From Malacoraja senta (lineage: Eukaryota): a stretch of DNA of 64,000 bases. The stretch covers positions 1,426,001 to 1,490,000 of the forward strand of contig CM076001.1 of NCBI GenBank assembly GCA_038087875.1, in the 5' to 3' direction. The position numbers and the translations under genes were made by a program. Below, in pieces: positions 25,272-37,974 of the stretch (position 1 is the first letter of the stretch; each line of letters begins with the position of its first letter). A model generated the notes under the pieces. It was not told the origin of the DNA. It worked only from the letters and a program-made list of their open reading frames with translations, and searched no databases.

Positions 25272-27144
25272 TTTAATTCGACGGTCCAGGCGATCACTCC
25301 TGGTGCTGCCACTCAGCGATTGACAGCGAAACAAACCAATCTCTGGCACATTTATAAAGTAAATAACGGAGAAAATATGCAATTAGATAACATCCCTGCG
25401 GACATTACTTACAGAGTTTGGAACAAACAGGTACTGTTTTCAATGTAATATTCAGAAATCACAATCACGTGGGCGACCGCTCCACACATTTCCAACAGCA
25501 GGCAGTGAAGCATGAATTTAAAAAAATCCAAACTAACGCACGCGCAGTGAAGTTGCTCACGAATGTTCGGAGCAGCGGTTTATTTCCTTGAACCTTACAT
25601 CCGATGACGGGACAAGGAAAGCTGTCATTTCTGGCTTGTACCTGTGCAACTTGAGTTTCCAGACGGCGACAGCAGAGCGCGAGCGCAACGCAGTATCGGC
25701 ACCTGAGCATATCCACTGGGCACCTAGCGGCAGTTTTCTCAGAAAAGTGGCTAATGGGGCGAAAGAGCAATAAAAGAGAGAAGAACAGTAGAGTTTATCA
25801 AGGATTAATAAAACACGAACATGTAAATTAATTATTGTGGCAGCGTGGTTCGTCTGCTCCGTCCCAGGGTTAGCAGGCAGAAGTTGGAAAGATTGATACG
25901 GACACGGGGGGTCATAAGGTCACAAGGGTTCGGAGTAAAATGAGGCCATTCTGCCCATTAAGTCTCATCCGCCATTCAATCATGAATTATCTATCCCCCC
26001 CTCCTACCCCATTCTCCTGCTTTCTGCCCATAACGACTGACGCCTGTACTAATCAATAATCTATCGATCTCTACGTGAAAAAATATCCACCGAATTAGCC
26101 CCCACAGCCTTTGTGGCAAAGTATTCCACAGATTGAACATAGAGGACTATGACGGCATCAGTTGAACAAAGGGGACTATGAAGGCATGAAAGAGGAACAT
26201 GAGAGAGGAGCTATCCTGAAAAGGACCCCTTCACTCCTACTCTTTGCTTCCTGACTGCCAACCAATTTTCTATCCATGTCAACACGCTAACCCCAATACC
26301 AATATTGTCTGCTATTTTCTTTCAATATAGTCTATTGTCTATTGAGCTGGCCAAGGCAAACTATAAAGCGGTCCTAGCAGGAATGACGGTGGAACTGCAA
26401 TGGCCGGAAGACGCAGGATCATTTCATTCCAAAAAGGAAGAAAGATTCTAAGGGGAGTAGGAGGCAACCGTGGGTGGCAAGAGAAGTTAGTGATAGAATA
26501 AAACTAAAAGAAAAGATGTATAACACAGCAAAGAGTAGCCGGAAGCCAGAGGATTGGGAAACGTTCATAGGACAACAGAAGGAAACAAAACGGGCAATAC
26601 GGGCCGAAAAGATGAAGTACGAGGGGAAGCTGGACAGGAATAGAAGGAAGGACAGTAAAAGCTTATTTAGATATGTTAAGGGAAAAAGAGTAGCAAAGTC
26701 AAATGTGGGTCCCTTGAAGGCAGACACGGGTAAAATTATTATGGGTAACAAGGAAATGGAAGAAGAGTTCAACAGGTACTTCGGATCTGTCTTAACTAAG
26801 GAAGACACAAACAACCTCCCAGGTGTACTGGAGGGCTGAGGATCGAAGGGGGTAGAGGTACTGAAAGAAATGTTCATTAGGCGAGAAATAGTATTGGGTA
26901 GGCTAATGGGACTAAAGCTTGATAATCCCAAGGTCCTCAGGGAGGTGGCTCTAGAAATAGTGGACGCTTGGTGATCATTTTCCAATGTTCAATAGATCGA
27001 GGATCAGTTCCTGTGGATTGGAGTAGAGCTAATGTTATCCCACTTTTCAAGAACGGAGCGAGAGAAAAAACCGGGGAATTAGAGACCAGTTAGCCTGACT
27101 TCGGTGGTGGGAAAGATGCTGCAGTGAAGTATTAAAAAGTTAAT

Positions 27145-28332
27145 GGTACACAAAAATGCTGGAGAAACTCAGCGGGTGCAGCAGCATCTATGGAGCGAAG
27201 GAAATAGGTAACGTTTCGGGCCGAAACCCTTCTTCAGACTGATAGGGGGTGGGGCGAAGAAAGGAAAAAATGAAAAAGGCGGAGGAGGAGCCCGAGGGCT
27301 GGAGGAGGGGAGGAGACAACCAGATGGCTGATGAAGGGGAGGGGAAAGCAAGGGCTAGCAGAATTGGGAGAATTCAATGTTCAAGCCCCCAGGATGTAGA
27401 CTGCCCAAGCGGAATATGAGGTGCATTTCCTCCAATTTACGGTGTTGCTCGCTGTGGCCATGGAGGAGACCCAGGACAGAGAGGTCAGATACGGAATGGG
27501 ATGGGGAGTTGAAGTGCTGAGCCACCGGGAGGTCAGGTTGGTTATTGCGGACCGACCGGAGGTGTTCGGCGAAACGATCGCCAAGCCTCCGCTTGGTCTC
27601 ACCGATGTAGATCAGCTGGCATCTAGAGCAGCGGATGCAATAGATGAGGTTGGAGGAGAGGCAGGTGAACCTCTGTCGCACCTGGAACGACTGCTTGGGT
27701 CCTTGAATGGAGTAGAGGGGGGAGGTGAAGGGACAAGTGTTGCATCTCTTGCGGTTGCAAGGGAAAGTATCAGGGGAGGGGGTGGTATGGGAGGGAAGGG
27801 AAGAATTGACAAGGGAGTTACGGAGGGAGCGGTCTTTGCGGAAGGCAGACATGGGGGGAGATGGGAAGATGTGGCGAGTGGTGGGGTCACGTTGGAGGTG
27901 GCGAAACTGACGGAGGATCACTTGTTGTACGTGACGGCTGGTGGGGTGAAAGGTGAGGACTAGGGGGACTCTGCCCTTGTTGTGAGTGGGGGGGTGTGGA
28001 GAGAGAGCAGTATTGCGGGGTATGGCAGAGACCCGGGTGCGAGCCTCATCTATGGTGGAGGAGGGGAACCCCCGTTCCCTGAAGAATGAGGACATTTCAG
28101 ATGCCCTGGTATGGAACGCCTCATCCTGGGAGCAGATGCGGCGTCGACGGAGGAATTGGGAGTGGGGGATGGAATCCTTACAGGAAGCAGGGTGGGAAGA
28201 AGTGTAGTCCAGATAGCCATGGGAGTCGGTAGGTTTGTAGTGGATGTCGGTAAGGAGTCTATCACCTGCGATGGAGATAGTGAGGTCAAGGAATGGTAGG
28301 GAAGTGCCGGATGGAAGTTGGTGGTGAAGCGG
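27145..28332 (-). mobile_element. 5'-truncated Penelope-like element with GIY-YIG endonuclease domain
   Basis: ORF 27355-28095 contains NLIYCIRCSRCQLIYIGETKRRLGDRFAEH; 14-bp TSD attaaaaagttaat at 27131-27144 and 28333-28346. Confidence 0.92.
27207..27237 (-). ncRNA. Minimal hammerhead-ribozyme-like core in the PLE 3' terminus (paralog 56197-56227)
   Basis: Minus strand reads CUGAAGA-AGGGUUUCGGCCC-GAAAC-GUU, i.e. CUGANGA / stem II / GAAA / NUH. Stem I pairing is only partial. Confidence 0.55.
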
Positions 28333-29745
28333 ATTAAAAAGTTAATAATGGGGCATTTGGATAGCAGTACATTAATTAGTCCAAGTCGACATGGATTTAT
28401 GAAAGGGAAATCATGCTTGGCTATTATTTTAGGATGTGACAAGTTAAATGGATGAAGGGGAGCCAGTGGATGTAGTGTATATGGACTTTCAGAAAGGCTT
28501 TGATAAGGTCCCGCACTGGTGAGTAAAATTAGAGCACATGGTAATGGGGTTGGGGTGTTGACATGGATAGAAAATTGGTTGGCAGACTGGAAGCAAAGAG
28601 TAGGAGTGAACGGGTCCTTTTCAGAATGGCAGCCGGTGGGGAGCGGAGTGCCGAAATGCTCGGTGTTCGGGCCGTAACTGTTTATCATATATATTAATGA
28701 TTTGGAAGAGGGAAATAGGAGCAACACCGCATGTTTGCGATTGACACAAGCTGGGTGACAGTGTGAACTGTGAAGAGGATGTTAGGAGGTTGCAGGGTGA
28801 GCTGGACAGGTTGAGTGAGTGGGCAGATGCGTGGCAGAATGCAGTACAATATCGATAAATGTGAGGTTATCCACTTTGGCGGCAAAAAGAAAGGGGCAGA
28901 TTATTATCTCAATGGGGCTAGCTTAGGTAAGTGGGCGGTGCAGCGAGACATGGGTGTCCTTGTACACCAGTCACTGGAAGTTGGCGTGCAGGTACCGCAG
29001 GCAGTGAATAAAGCTGATGGAATGTTGGGCTTCATAACAAGAGGATTTCAGAATAGGAGTAAAGAGGTTCTTCTGTAGTTGTATAGGGCTCTGGTGAGAC
29101 CACATCTGGAGTATTGTGTACAGTTTTGGTATCCTAATTTGAGGAAGGACATCCTGGTGATTGAGGCAGTGCAGCGTAGCTCCCGAGATTGATTCCTGGG
29201 ATGGCGAGACTGTCATATGAGAAGAGATTGAAAAGACCGGGCTTGTATTGACTGGAGTTTAGAAGGATGAAGGGATGTCTTATCGAAACATATAAAATTA
29301 TAAAAGGACTGGACAAGCTAGATGCAGGAAAAACATTCTCATTGCTCGGCGAGTCCAGAACCAGGGGCCACAGTTTTAGAATGGAGGCGAGGTAATTTAA
29401 GACTGAGGTGAGAAAAAACATTTTCCCCCTCAGAGTTGTGAATTTGTGGATTCCCTGCCACAGACAGCAGTGGAGGCCAAATCACTGGATGGATTTAAGA
29501 GAGAGTTAGATAGAGATCCAGGGGCTAGTGGAATCTAGGGATATGTAGAGAAGGCAGGCACGGGTTATTGATTGGGGACGATCAGCAATGATCACAATGA
29601 ATGGCGGAACTGACTCGAAGGGGCGAATGGACTCCTCCTGCACCTATTTTCTATGTTTCTATATTTCTATGTTACTATTCGCCACCCTCTGACTAAAGAC
29701 ATTTCTCATCGTCTCAGTCCGAAAAGAACGTCCTTTAACTCTCAG

Positions 29746-30180
29746 GGTGGATAGACTTGGCTTATACTCGCTAGAATTTAGGAGATTGAGAGGGGATCTT
29801 ATAGAAACGTACAAAATTCTCATGGGGTTGGACAGGCTAGATGCAGGAAGATTGTTCCCGATGTTGGGGAAGTCCAGGACAAGGGGTCACAGCTTAAGGA
29901 TAAGGGGGAAATCCTTTAAGACCGAGATGAGGAAAAACTTTTTCACATAGAGAGTGGTGAATCTCTGGAACTCTCTGCCACAGAGGGTAGTTGAGGCCAG
30001 TTCATTGGCTATATTTAAGAGGGAGTTAGATGTGGCCCTTGTGGCTAAAGGGATCAGGGGGTATGGAGAGAAGGCAGGTACGGGATACTGAGTTGGATGA
30101 TCAGCCATGATCATATTGAATGGCGGTGCAGGCTCGAAGGGCCGAATGGCCTACTCCTGCACCTATTTTCTATGTTTCTA
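29746..30180 (+). mobile_element. Young CR1 3' insertion present only in copy 1
   Basis: Highly similar to the CR1 at 4678-5120; the paralogous site (~58763-58776) has no element. Confidence 0.9.
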
Positions 30181-31350
30181 TTCCGAGACTTTCCCACTCG
30201 TAGCAACATCCTCATCCTCATCCACCCTATCCAAGCCTTTCACTATTCTGTATGTTTCAATTAGGTCCCCCCCTCATTGTTCTAAACTCCAGTGAGCACA
30301 GGCCCAGTGCCGACTAACGCTCCTCGTAGGTTAACCTACTATTTATTGGGATCATTCTGGTAAACTTCCTTTGGACCCTCTCCAGACCCAGCACATCCAT
30401 CCTCAGATATTGTGGCCATAATTGCTCACAATATTCCAAATGCGGCCATCTCGGCGCCTCATAGAGACTCAGCATTACAAGCCTGGTTTGGATACAAACC
30501 CTCTTGAAATAGATGCAGGCATTGCATTTGCTTTCTTCAGTAACGATTCGACTTGCAGATTAACTTTTTGGGAATCCTGCATCAGCACTCCCAAGTCCAT
30601 TTTCGTCTCCGATTTCTGGATTATCTACCTGTTTAAAAAAACATATCCTACGCCTTTATTCCTACTGACAAAATGCAAGACTCCACACTTTGCTGCACTT
30701 TATTCCATCTTCCATCTTTCTGCCACTCACCCAACCTGTCCAAGTCCTTCTGAAGAGTCCCCGCCCTCTCCAGAGCACCTGTCCCCCCACCTATATTCGT
30801 ATCATTCGCGAACTTGGCCACACAGCCTTCAATCCCCTCATGCAAACCATTAATATGCAAAATATGAGTGACGTTCCCAGAACGGACCCATGCGGAACTC
30901 CACTAGTCACTGGCAGCCAACCAGAAAAAGCCCCCTTTAGTGCCACGCTTTGTCTTCTGCCATCCAGCCAACCTGCTATCAATGCTTGTTAGTATCTGCC
31001 CTTTGATACCGTGGTGTTTCATCGTCCTTAGTCTCCTCACGTGTTGCCCATTATCAAAGTATTTCCAGAAATCTGAGTTAACAACATCTACTGACCACCG
31101 TTGCCTTGAGTATTTACCTCTTGAAAGGATCACAGAATTTTTTTAAAGCAAGACCTCCCCTTCACAAAGCCATGCTGACTTCGACCTATTTATCGTGAAC
31201 TTCTAAGTACTACGTATCTCCTGTCTCCAGTGATTCTTGAAATATCAATGTGAATGCCTGCAAAATCTCTAAAGCCACCCCTTTCAGAACACCCGGGTGC
31301 AGTCCATCAGGTCCAGGTGGCTTACGCACCTTCAGCCCGTTCAGCATCCC
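30181..31350 (-). mobile_element. Decayed CR1 RT fragment (paralog ~58777-59945)
   Basis: FSGWLPVTSGVPHGSVLG, AKFANDT, HLEYCEQLW remnants. Confidence 0.8.
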
Positions 31351-32912
31351 TTCTCCAGAGTAATAGACACTACACTAACTTCCACCCCGTGACTCTCCTG
31401 CATTCAGACACGATCCTTGTGTCTTCCATTATGAAAGACAACATGAACGACACCAGACGCCTTGTCGCTAAAACGTCTTTGATTAGAAGAGGCTTCCACG
31501 CGTGACACGTTATACACTGCTTCTAATTAACAGTAATTCCCCGCTGTAATTCGAAATCTCACTCCAGCGCAGAACACCAGGTATCCATTTTCCATACTCT
31601 GGAAGAATTAGCACCAAGAAGCGCTATACGGCCCACGTTCTGAAGAATGAGATGAAATCAGCGGTCTCCCCTCCTCTTCATCGGCTTCCCCATCTCGCCG
31701 TTCATGGCGTGGTCAGAGAGACGGTATGATCTGTGCGGACATTCAACAAGCTGGTGTAGGTGCAGGTTAAAGTGTCCTCCTTCCTTTCTGTCCGGTGAGA
31801 GCGGATTCCCGCTGTCGCGAAATCGGCATTGCTCAGACCCGGAACACGGGTGGCAAAAGTGTAGTTTTCGTTTCAAAAGTAAACATAGACGACGTGATAG
31901 CGAGGGTAAATCTCCACTTGAATGTACAATGAACGTTCACAGCACATAGTGGGATTTTGTCTGTTCGAGTCTCACATAAACTTCCGTACGCTTTACCTTG
32001 TAATCTTTCCCCAATTGCGTTCGCTGTCCTGATTCAAGTTTTGTCTATAAACGCCTGTCATTTGCCTACACCACACCGCTTGCGAGGGAGGAAAAGATTC
32101 TCATGATATTCCACATCAAGAGGATTCTGACGAACTCACCTGTGGGTTACTTTGCGAAGACGTAGCCATGTGTTTCATGACACAGGACATATATACCACA
32201 GGAGGAAATGTCCCCTCCTTGACCACTCGGGCAAAAACCTTATAGTGTGGATGATCTCTGCCACTTGCTGTCTTATAGGGAACGGAACTTCTCCCACTTG
32301 AATTCCCCTAATGGTTGAAATCCTGCATATTTAAGTATTCTCTGTATGTGCATGTGCCTCCATGTTTCGGCGATCCACGCTGATTCCTCTAATATGTTTG
32401 TAGAAATTAAGTCAATTTGGAACCGTTTTCAGTCTTACGGACGAAGACTGTTTTCGCTTCTTCCGACTGATGGTAGGGAGGGGTGGCGGCGCTGGGAGAG
32501 AGGAGAGGCAGGATAATGCGGGACACATAATAGGTGGACAATGGTGAGGGGGTGCTTCATAGCCAGATGGTTGGAACAAAGTCCAGACATTAAAATAGGT
32601 TGGAGACAGAAGTATTTAAGAGTTGTAATCTGTGAAAGGCAGGGACAATCCTGAATGCTTATTGGTACAGACAGCAACGTGAGCAGCCGCCAGGGATCCT
32701 GTTTCGGATTACGACAAGGATACTAAAGAGAATTGGTGATCTCACCGACCGATTCTCTTCTACGTACAATAAGGCTCAAAGACCACCCAGTTAATCATCC
32801 GCGCGTCCGTGATTACCGACTCCGCCACGTATCTTTGTGCAATGGACGGCACGTTGCAGAAGAAACACGGCGGACCCGCACAAAAAACCACCGCAAGCGA
32901 TTTTGCACGGTG

Positions 32913-32926
32913 CCGCCAGATGGCGC
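32913..32926 (+). promoter_or_regulatory. Candidate CTCF-binding element, copy 1
   Basis: CCGCCAGATGGCGC matches CCRCYAGRKGGCRS at 14/14. Confidence 0.6.
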
Positions 32927-34159
32927 ACTCAACTACTAGTAAGGAAATACGTAAACAATGAAATAGCAACAAAGCAATTAGTTCTCGTGGTTCAAATTAT
33001 AACTTTGTAGTTTCAATCTCTGACTGCGACCAAACTCAACCTCGAACTGCTGGCCGATGTAAGTTACCTTCATCAAATATTCTCCGTCTTATACAGACGA
33101 CAATCTTATAACTGAACCCCATTGGAAGACTGGAAGGTACACACTGGAGAAACTCAGCGGGTGCAGCAGCATATATGGAGCGAAGGAGCTAGGCAACGTA
33201 TCGGGCCGAAACCCTTCTTCAGAGTTTCTACAGCATTTGTGTGTACCTTCGATTTTCCAGCATATGCAGTTCCCTCTTAAGCCCATTGGGAGACTGTCGT
33301 GAAAGGGAGGGGAGAAAAAGTATCAAAGTATTTTCTTGTGCTTTCTCAGCCAACGGATTAAACAAGGACATCCCAGCACGACGACACACGACAGTCATGG
33401 GAAATAGCCTGTGCTTTATCACCACGTAGTTTTTCATCTCTGTGCATGAATCTGGCGCACGCGTCTGGCCTTTGGTTAATGGCAACGAAGAGGTGTCTCA
33501 AGAACTTCAACAACTGCTGCTGTTCGGAGTGGCGCACCGCATCGTCGCCCTGCTGCACCACAGCGGAACAGGTAGAGGTAGAAACATAGAAACATACTAA
33601 AACTGGTGCAGGACTAGGCCATTCGGTCCTTCGAGCCAGCACCACAATTCAACATGATCATGTCATATGCTGAGAGAATGGAGCGGCTGGGCTTGTATAC
33701 TCTGGAGTTCAGAATGATGAGAGGGAATCCTATTGAAAAATATAAGATTATTAAGGGTTTGGCCAGTCTAGAGCCAGGAAACATGTCCCGATGTTGGGGG
33801 AGTCCAGAACCAGGGGGCACAGTTTAAGAATAAGGGGTAAGCTATTTAGAACGGAGATGAGGAAACACTTTTTCTCACAGAGAGTTGTGAGTCTGTGGAA
33901 TTCTCTGCCTCAGAGAGCGATGGAGGCCGGTTCTCTGGATAGCGGAGTCAGGGGATATGGGGAGAAGGGATGAACGGGGTACTGATTGGGGATAATCAGC
34001 CATGATCACATTGAATGGCGGTGCTGGCTCCAAGGGTCGAATGGCCTACTCCTGCACCTATTGTCTTTTTCTGTTGTCTATAATTTTATATGTTTCTATT
34101 AGATCCGCTCTCATCCTTCTAAATTTCAGCGAATAGAAGCTCAGTCGACCCATTCTAGG

Positions 34160-34735
34160 CATAGACATAGACATAGAAAATAGGTGCAGGAGTAGGCCAT
34201 TCGGCCCTTCGAGCGTGCACCGCCTTTCAATATGATCATGGCTGATCATCCAACTCAGTATACTGTACCAGCTTTCTCTCCAAACCCCCCTGATCCCTTT
34301 AGCCACAAGGGGCACATCTAACTCCCTCTTAAATATAGCCAATGAACTGGCCTCAACTACATTCTGTGGCAGAGAATTCCAGAGATTCACCACTCTCTGT
34401 GTAAAAAATGTTTTTCTCATCTCAGTCCTAAAAGATTTCCCCTTTATCCTTAAACTGTGACCCCTTGTTCTGGACTCCCGCAACACCGGGAACAATCTTC
34501 CTGCATCTAGCCTGTCCAACCCCTTAAGAATTTTGTAAGTTTCTATAAGATCCCCCCTCAGTCTTCTAAATTCCAGCGAGTACAAGCCGAGTCTATCCAG
34601 TCTTTCTTCGTACGTCAGTCCCGCCATCTCGGGAATTAACCTAGTGAACCTACGCTGCACTCCCTCAATAACAATAATGTCCTTCCTCAACTTAGGAGAT
34701 CAAAACTGCACAGAATATTCCTGGTGCGATCTAAA
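34160..34735 (-). mobile_element. Young CR1 3' fragment within a nest of CR1 pieces (33580-34735; paralog ~62175-63330)
   Basis: ORF 34058-34690 is CR1 ORF2 C-terminus; catagacatag tail. Confidence 0.88.
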
Positions 34736-36786
34736 AGACTTGGGAGACAACGCAGTCAGTGTCTGCGGACATCACTTAACGATTCTGCGCAAACGGGACT
34801 TCTGTCGCGTGTGTTGCTGACTAATCGCTCTCGTTTGGGCTCCTTCTTACATTAAATTGCAGCTGATGATCTTGAGAAGCAATACTTTATATTTTTCAAT
34901 TTGATAGGGCGTCTATGAAAAGCTATTATTTTAAAATAACATTATTATTTTCACTCCATACGCTCATAAAATCAGAAGACCATAGGTGATAGGAGCACTA
35001 TTAGGCCATTCGGCCTATCAAATCTACTCCGGCATTCAATACAATACAATAAAATAATACTCTATTAGCGAAGTATTGTTTGCAGCATGCGAGGAATTTC
35101 ATTTGCCAAGTCAGTCATACAAATAATATAAAAAGCAACACAACAAACCAAATACATTTTAACATCAACATCCATCACAGTGACTCTTCCACATTCCTCA
35201 TTGTAATGAAGGTAAAACCAAAAGTTAAATCTCTTCTCTTCTTTGTCCTCCAGCGGTCGGGGGCCTCTAACCGTTGATGGGAAGATCTTACTCCTATTGC
35301 TGGCGGCGGGCCTTCCTCGACAGGCCGATCAGCTCCTGCATCGGTGGGGAATCTCAGTTACCCCGCGCCGGCGCTCTGACCTCGGGTCTAGGCTTGTCGA
35401 ACGTTGTGCGGCTTCCGGAGCTTCCTGACTCGGTCTCTCCAGAGACTACGAGCCCTTGATATTAAAGTCTACAGGCCGCGGTTGGAGCGTCGATCCAAGG
35501 CAATTCCTCTAAACTCCAGCGAGCACAGACCCGTGCCGTTAAGCGCTGATTATATGTTCACCCATTCCTCCCTTCCCTCTCCAAGGCCAGCACAGCCTTC
35601 ATCAGATGTGTTGCCCAAACCTTCTCACAATATCTCACTCGCATTTCCCAGGACATTTCTCGATTTGCAGCTCTACCCACGTTACAAAGCACAACTGCTT
35701 TAATATTACGTGTAGGAAATAACTGCAAATGCTGATGTAAATCGAAGGTAAACATAATATGCTGGAATAACTCGGCGGGCCAGGCAGCATCTCCGGGGAG
35801 AAGGAATGGGTGACGTTTCGGGTCGAGACCCTTCTTCGGTCTCTAGACTCTTCAGGTATGAATAATGTTTTTCCGATCAGTTTCCCCAAAACGTCGGTAA
35901 CCTGAGCATTCTGGGACTTTCGGCCCATCAGGCTGGTCCGCATTTCTATTTGATCACGGCCGATATCCCCCTTCTTCCACGTATCACTGGATCCCCCGAG
36001 CCCCAGGAACAGCATGTATATCCGTTTGAACATACTAAATGGTACGTTCTTCACTTTGTATCCATATTCGCACCAATTTATCATCTACATTGGCCTTGAC
36101 TATAGGAATAACACTATAAAATTATTGTTGGGAAACTGAGAAAACTGCAGATGCTGCATTACAAAAAAATAATGCACAGAATGCTGGAGTAACTCAACGG
36201 GTCAGGCAGAATATCTGGAGAACATGGATGTGGTTTCAGTTCGGGGCTGTTCTTCTGACTGATTGTGGTGAGGGGGAGAGGAGAACAGTCGAAGGAGAGG
36301 AGGGTTAGGGTAAAGCCTGGCCATATTTAAGGGGACACAGGAGAGAATGGGGGTTGATAGGCAACTAGTTGGATAAAGCCCAGAGATACACAATAGACAA
36401 TAGACAATAGACAATAGGTGAAGGAACAGGCCATTTGGCCCTTCGAGACATATTTTTTTCGGACTGGTTGCCTGCGACTGGTTGTGTGCCTCAAGGATCA
36501 GTTCTGGGCCCATTGCTGTTTGACATTTTTTATCGACGTTTTGGATGAGAATGTAGAAGGCATGGATAGAACGTTTAAAGATGACACCACGGTAGGTGGA
36601 GTCGTAGAGAGCGAAGATGATTCTCTAAAGCCACCGGAGGGTCTTGATCAGTTCAACAAGTGTGCCTAGCAATGGTTGTTGGATTTTAATGAAGATAAGT
36701 GAGAGGTTTTCTTTTTTGGGAAGTCAAACAGGGCAGGAACTTTACGGCGAATAACAGTGCCGTGGTGAGCACTGCGGGGCCACGGA

Positions 36787-36834
36787 CTCCAACTTCCCGT
36801 CACGTCAACTATTATCCCTGAAAGAAAGTTGGAA
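36787..36834 (+). promoter_or_regulatory. Promoter homologous to the NAR-TCR V promoter (CRE-like CGTCACGTCA)
   Basis: 36787-36820 vs 39953-39986: 26/34 identical ungapped; CGTCACGT ends 30 nt before an ATG (27 nt in the NAR V gene). Confidence 0.7.
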
Positions 36835-36871
36835 ATGCTGCTTTCCTTCATATTTTGTGCATGTTTATTCC
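36835..36871 (+). pseudogene. Orphan V-gene leader exon (MLLSFIFCACLF), no intact V exon behind it
   Basis: ATG, 12 hydrophobic codons, phase-1 donor C|gtaagtacc (NAR V leader: C|gtgagtacc); only weak V-like remnants at 37148-37215. Confidence 0.62.
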
Positions 36872-37974
36872 GTAAGTACCTTTAAGACAAAAGTTAGGTG
36901 AACTGAAGACAACTTTGTTTTCCACATGTTCTGTGATTTGTCTGTAATATTCACAACGTTCGTGAAATTTCCGAAATGTCCGGGAGTAGTCCTTACAATC
37001 GGCCTGGCGACTGGAGCTCCTAACATCCATGGACTCCTCGAGTGCAATCTGTTTAGAGTTGTGTGTACTTGCTGAGGAATTCAATCTGGAAAATGAGGTA
37101 GGGCAGGATATTTAACATGTGCGAAATTGTGTTTTTATTCTTAGCAGATAATTCAATCTGCTGTCTACCATGGTCGTCTCCCGAGACCTTGCTGGGTTTA
37201 ATCACAATCACAGCCAATGGGGGCTGTGAACTAAAGGACCCATTGTGGAAAAATCTATTGTTGCAACAACACGATGCAGCGCTTAAAGGCCTTGGTTTGG
37301 CCGCATTTGTAGCGTTGCCTACAGTTCCCATCGCATTATTGATGGAAAAGCGTGGAGGTTTTGGTTTGGATGCAGGCTAGGATTACCAGAATACTAGTTG
37401 GAAGGAACTGAAGCTGCTGGTTTAAACCGAAGATTGTGTATCTCTAGCGCTATACCCATAATACTACTTGGATTAAAGGGTGCTAACTTTCATGATAGTT
37501 GGGGCAGAGTTGGCTTGTTTCCCATGGATTGTTAGGGACTCCGATCTGATTAAAGTATATGAACTTATGAGAGATATGGAAAGTGTAGGCATTCAGAACG
37601 GTTTTTTCATTCCCACGGCAGAATTATTAAAAACTAGATGCCCTAACATTAAGGTGAAGGGGGCAACACGCAAACGATATGTACGGGTTATCTACGGAGA
37701 GAGCGGTAAGTACATGGGACCTGCTGCCGGGGATGGTGATAGAGGCGATACGACAGTGGCTTTTAAGAGGCTTTGAGATAAACACACGGACATGCACGGA
37801 AAGGAGAGATATGAGTGATTTACAGGAGATACGATCAGTTGAGCTTTGCATCGTGTTCGGCACAGACATTGTTGGCTGAACGGCTTGTTCCGATTCTGCC
37901 CGTATCTCTGTTCTATGTTATCCTTCGCAGCTGATCTTTTCTGAAACAAGGAGCAACATTATGTAAAAGTATGT

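Larger units (their letters stand above)
26150..29675 (+). mobile_element. CR1 ORF2 fragments, interrupted by the PLE at 27145-28332 (paralog ~55140-58690)
   Basis: SKSLFRYVKGKRVAKSNVGPL, QHGFMKGKSCL, KCEVIHFG motifs; ctatgtttc tail near 29650-29672. Confidence 0.85.
12493..35405 (+). repeat. Tandem segmental duplication, copy 1 (period ~29 kb)
   Basis: Collinear with 41543-64000; offsets 29050 at the start, 28992 at the GPCR, ~28595 after the copy-1-only CR1 insertion. Confidence 0.97.

Noticed and set aside
25272-25382. N-terminal extension of GPCR exon 1 in the ORF track (MHIFSV...)
   Set aside because: Starts at TTG, not ATG; the first ATG at 25271 gives a family-typical short N-terminus.
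25719-25734. Minus-strand CTCF-like CCGCTAGGTGCCCA upstream of the GPCR (paralog ~54709-54724)
   Set aside because: The conserved GGC is broken (11/14); too weak to call without a PWM score.
27381-27963. Long alternative-frame and antisense ORFs over the PLE, Tx1, Rex and CR1 elements (e.g. 27421-27963, 16998-17573, 45722-46306)
   Set aside because: Shadow ORFs of GC-rich retroelement coding sequence.
32130-32335. Exon-like segment on the minus strand (CAG|GTGAGT donor; ORF 60695-60892 in copy 2)
   Set aside because: The frame is broken in copy 1, there is no recognisable protein motif and no partner exons.
37148-37380. ORF 37117-37380 as an intact V exon for the orphan leader
   Set aside because: No canonical Cys/Trp/YYC pattern and no RSS; the second half resembles decayed CR1.
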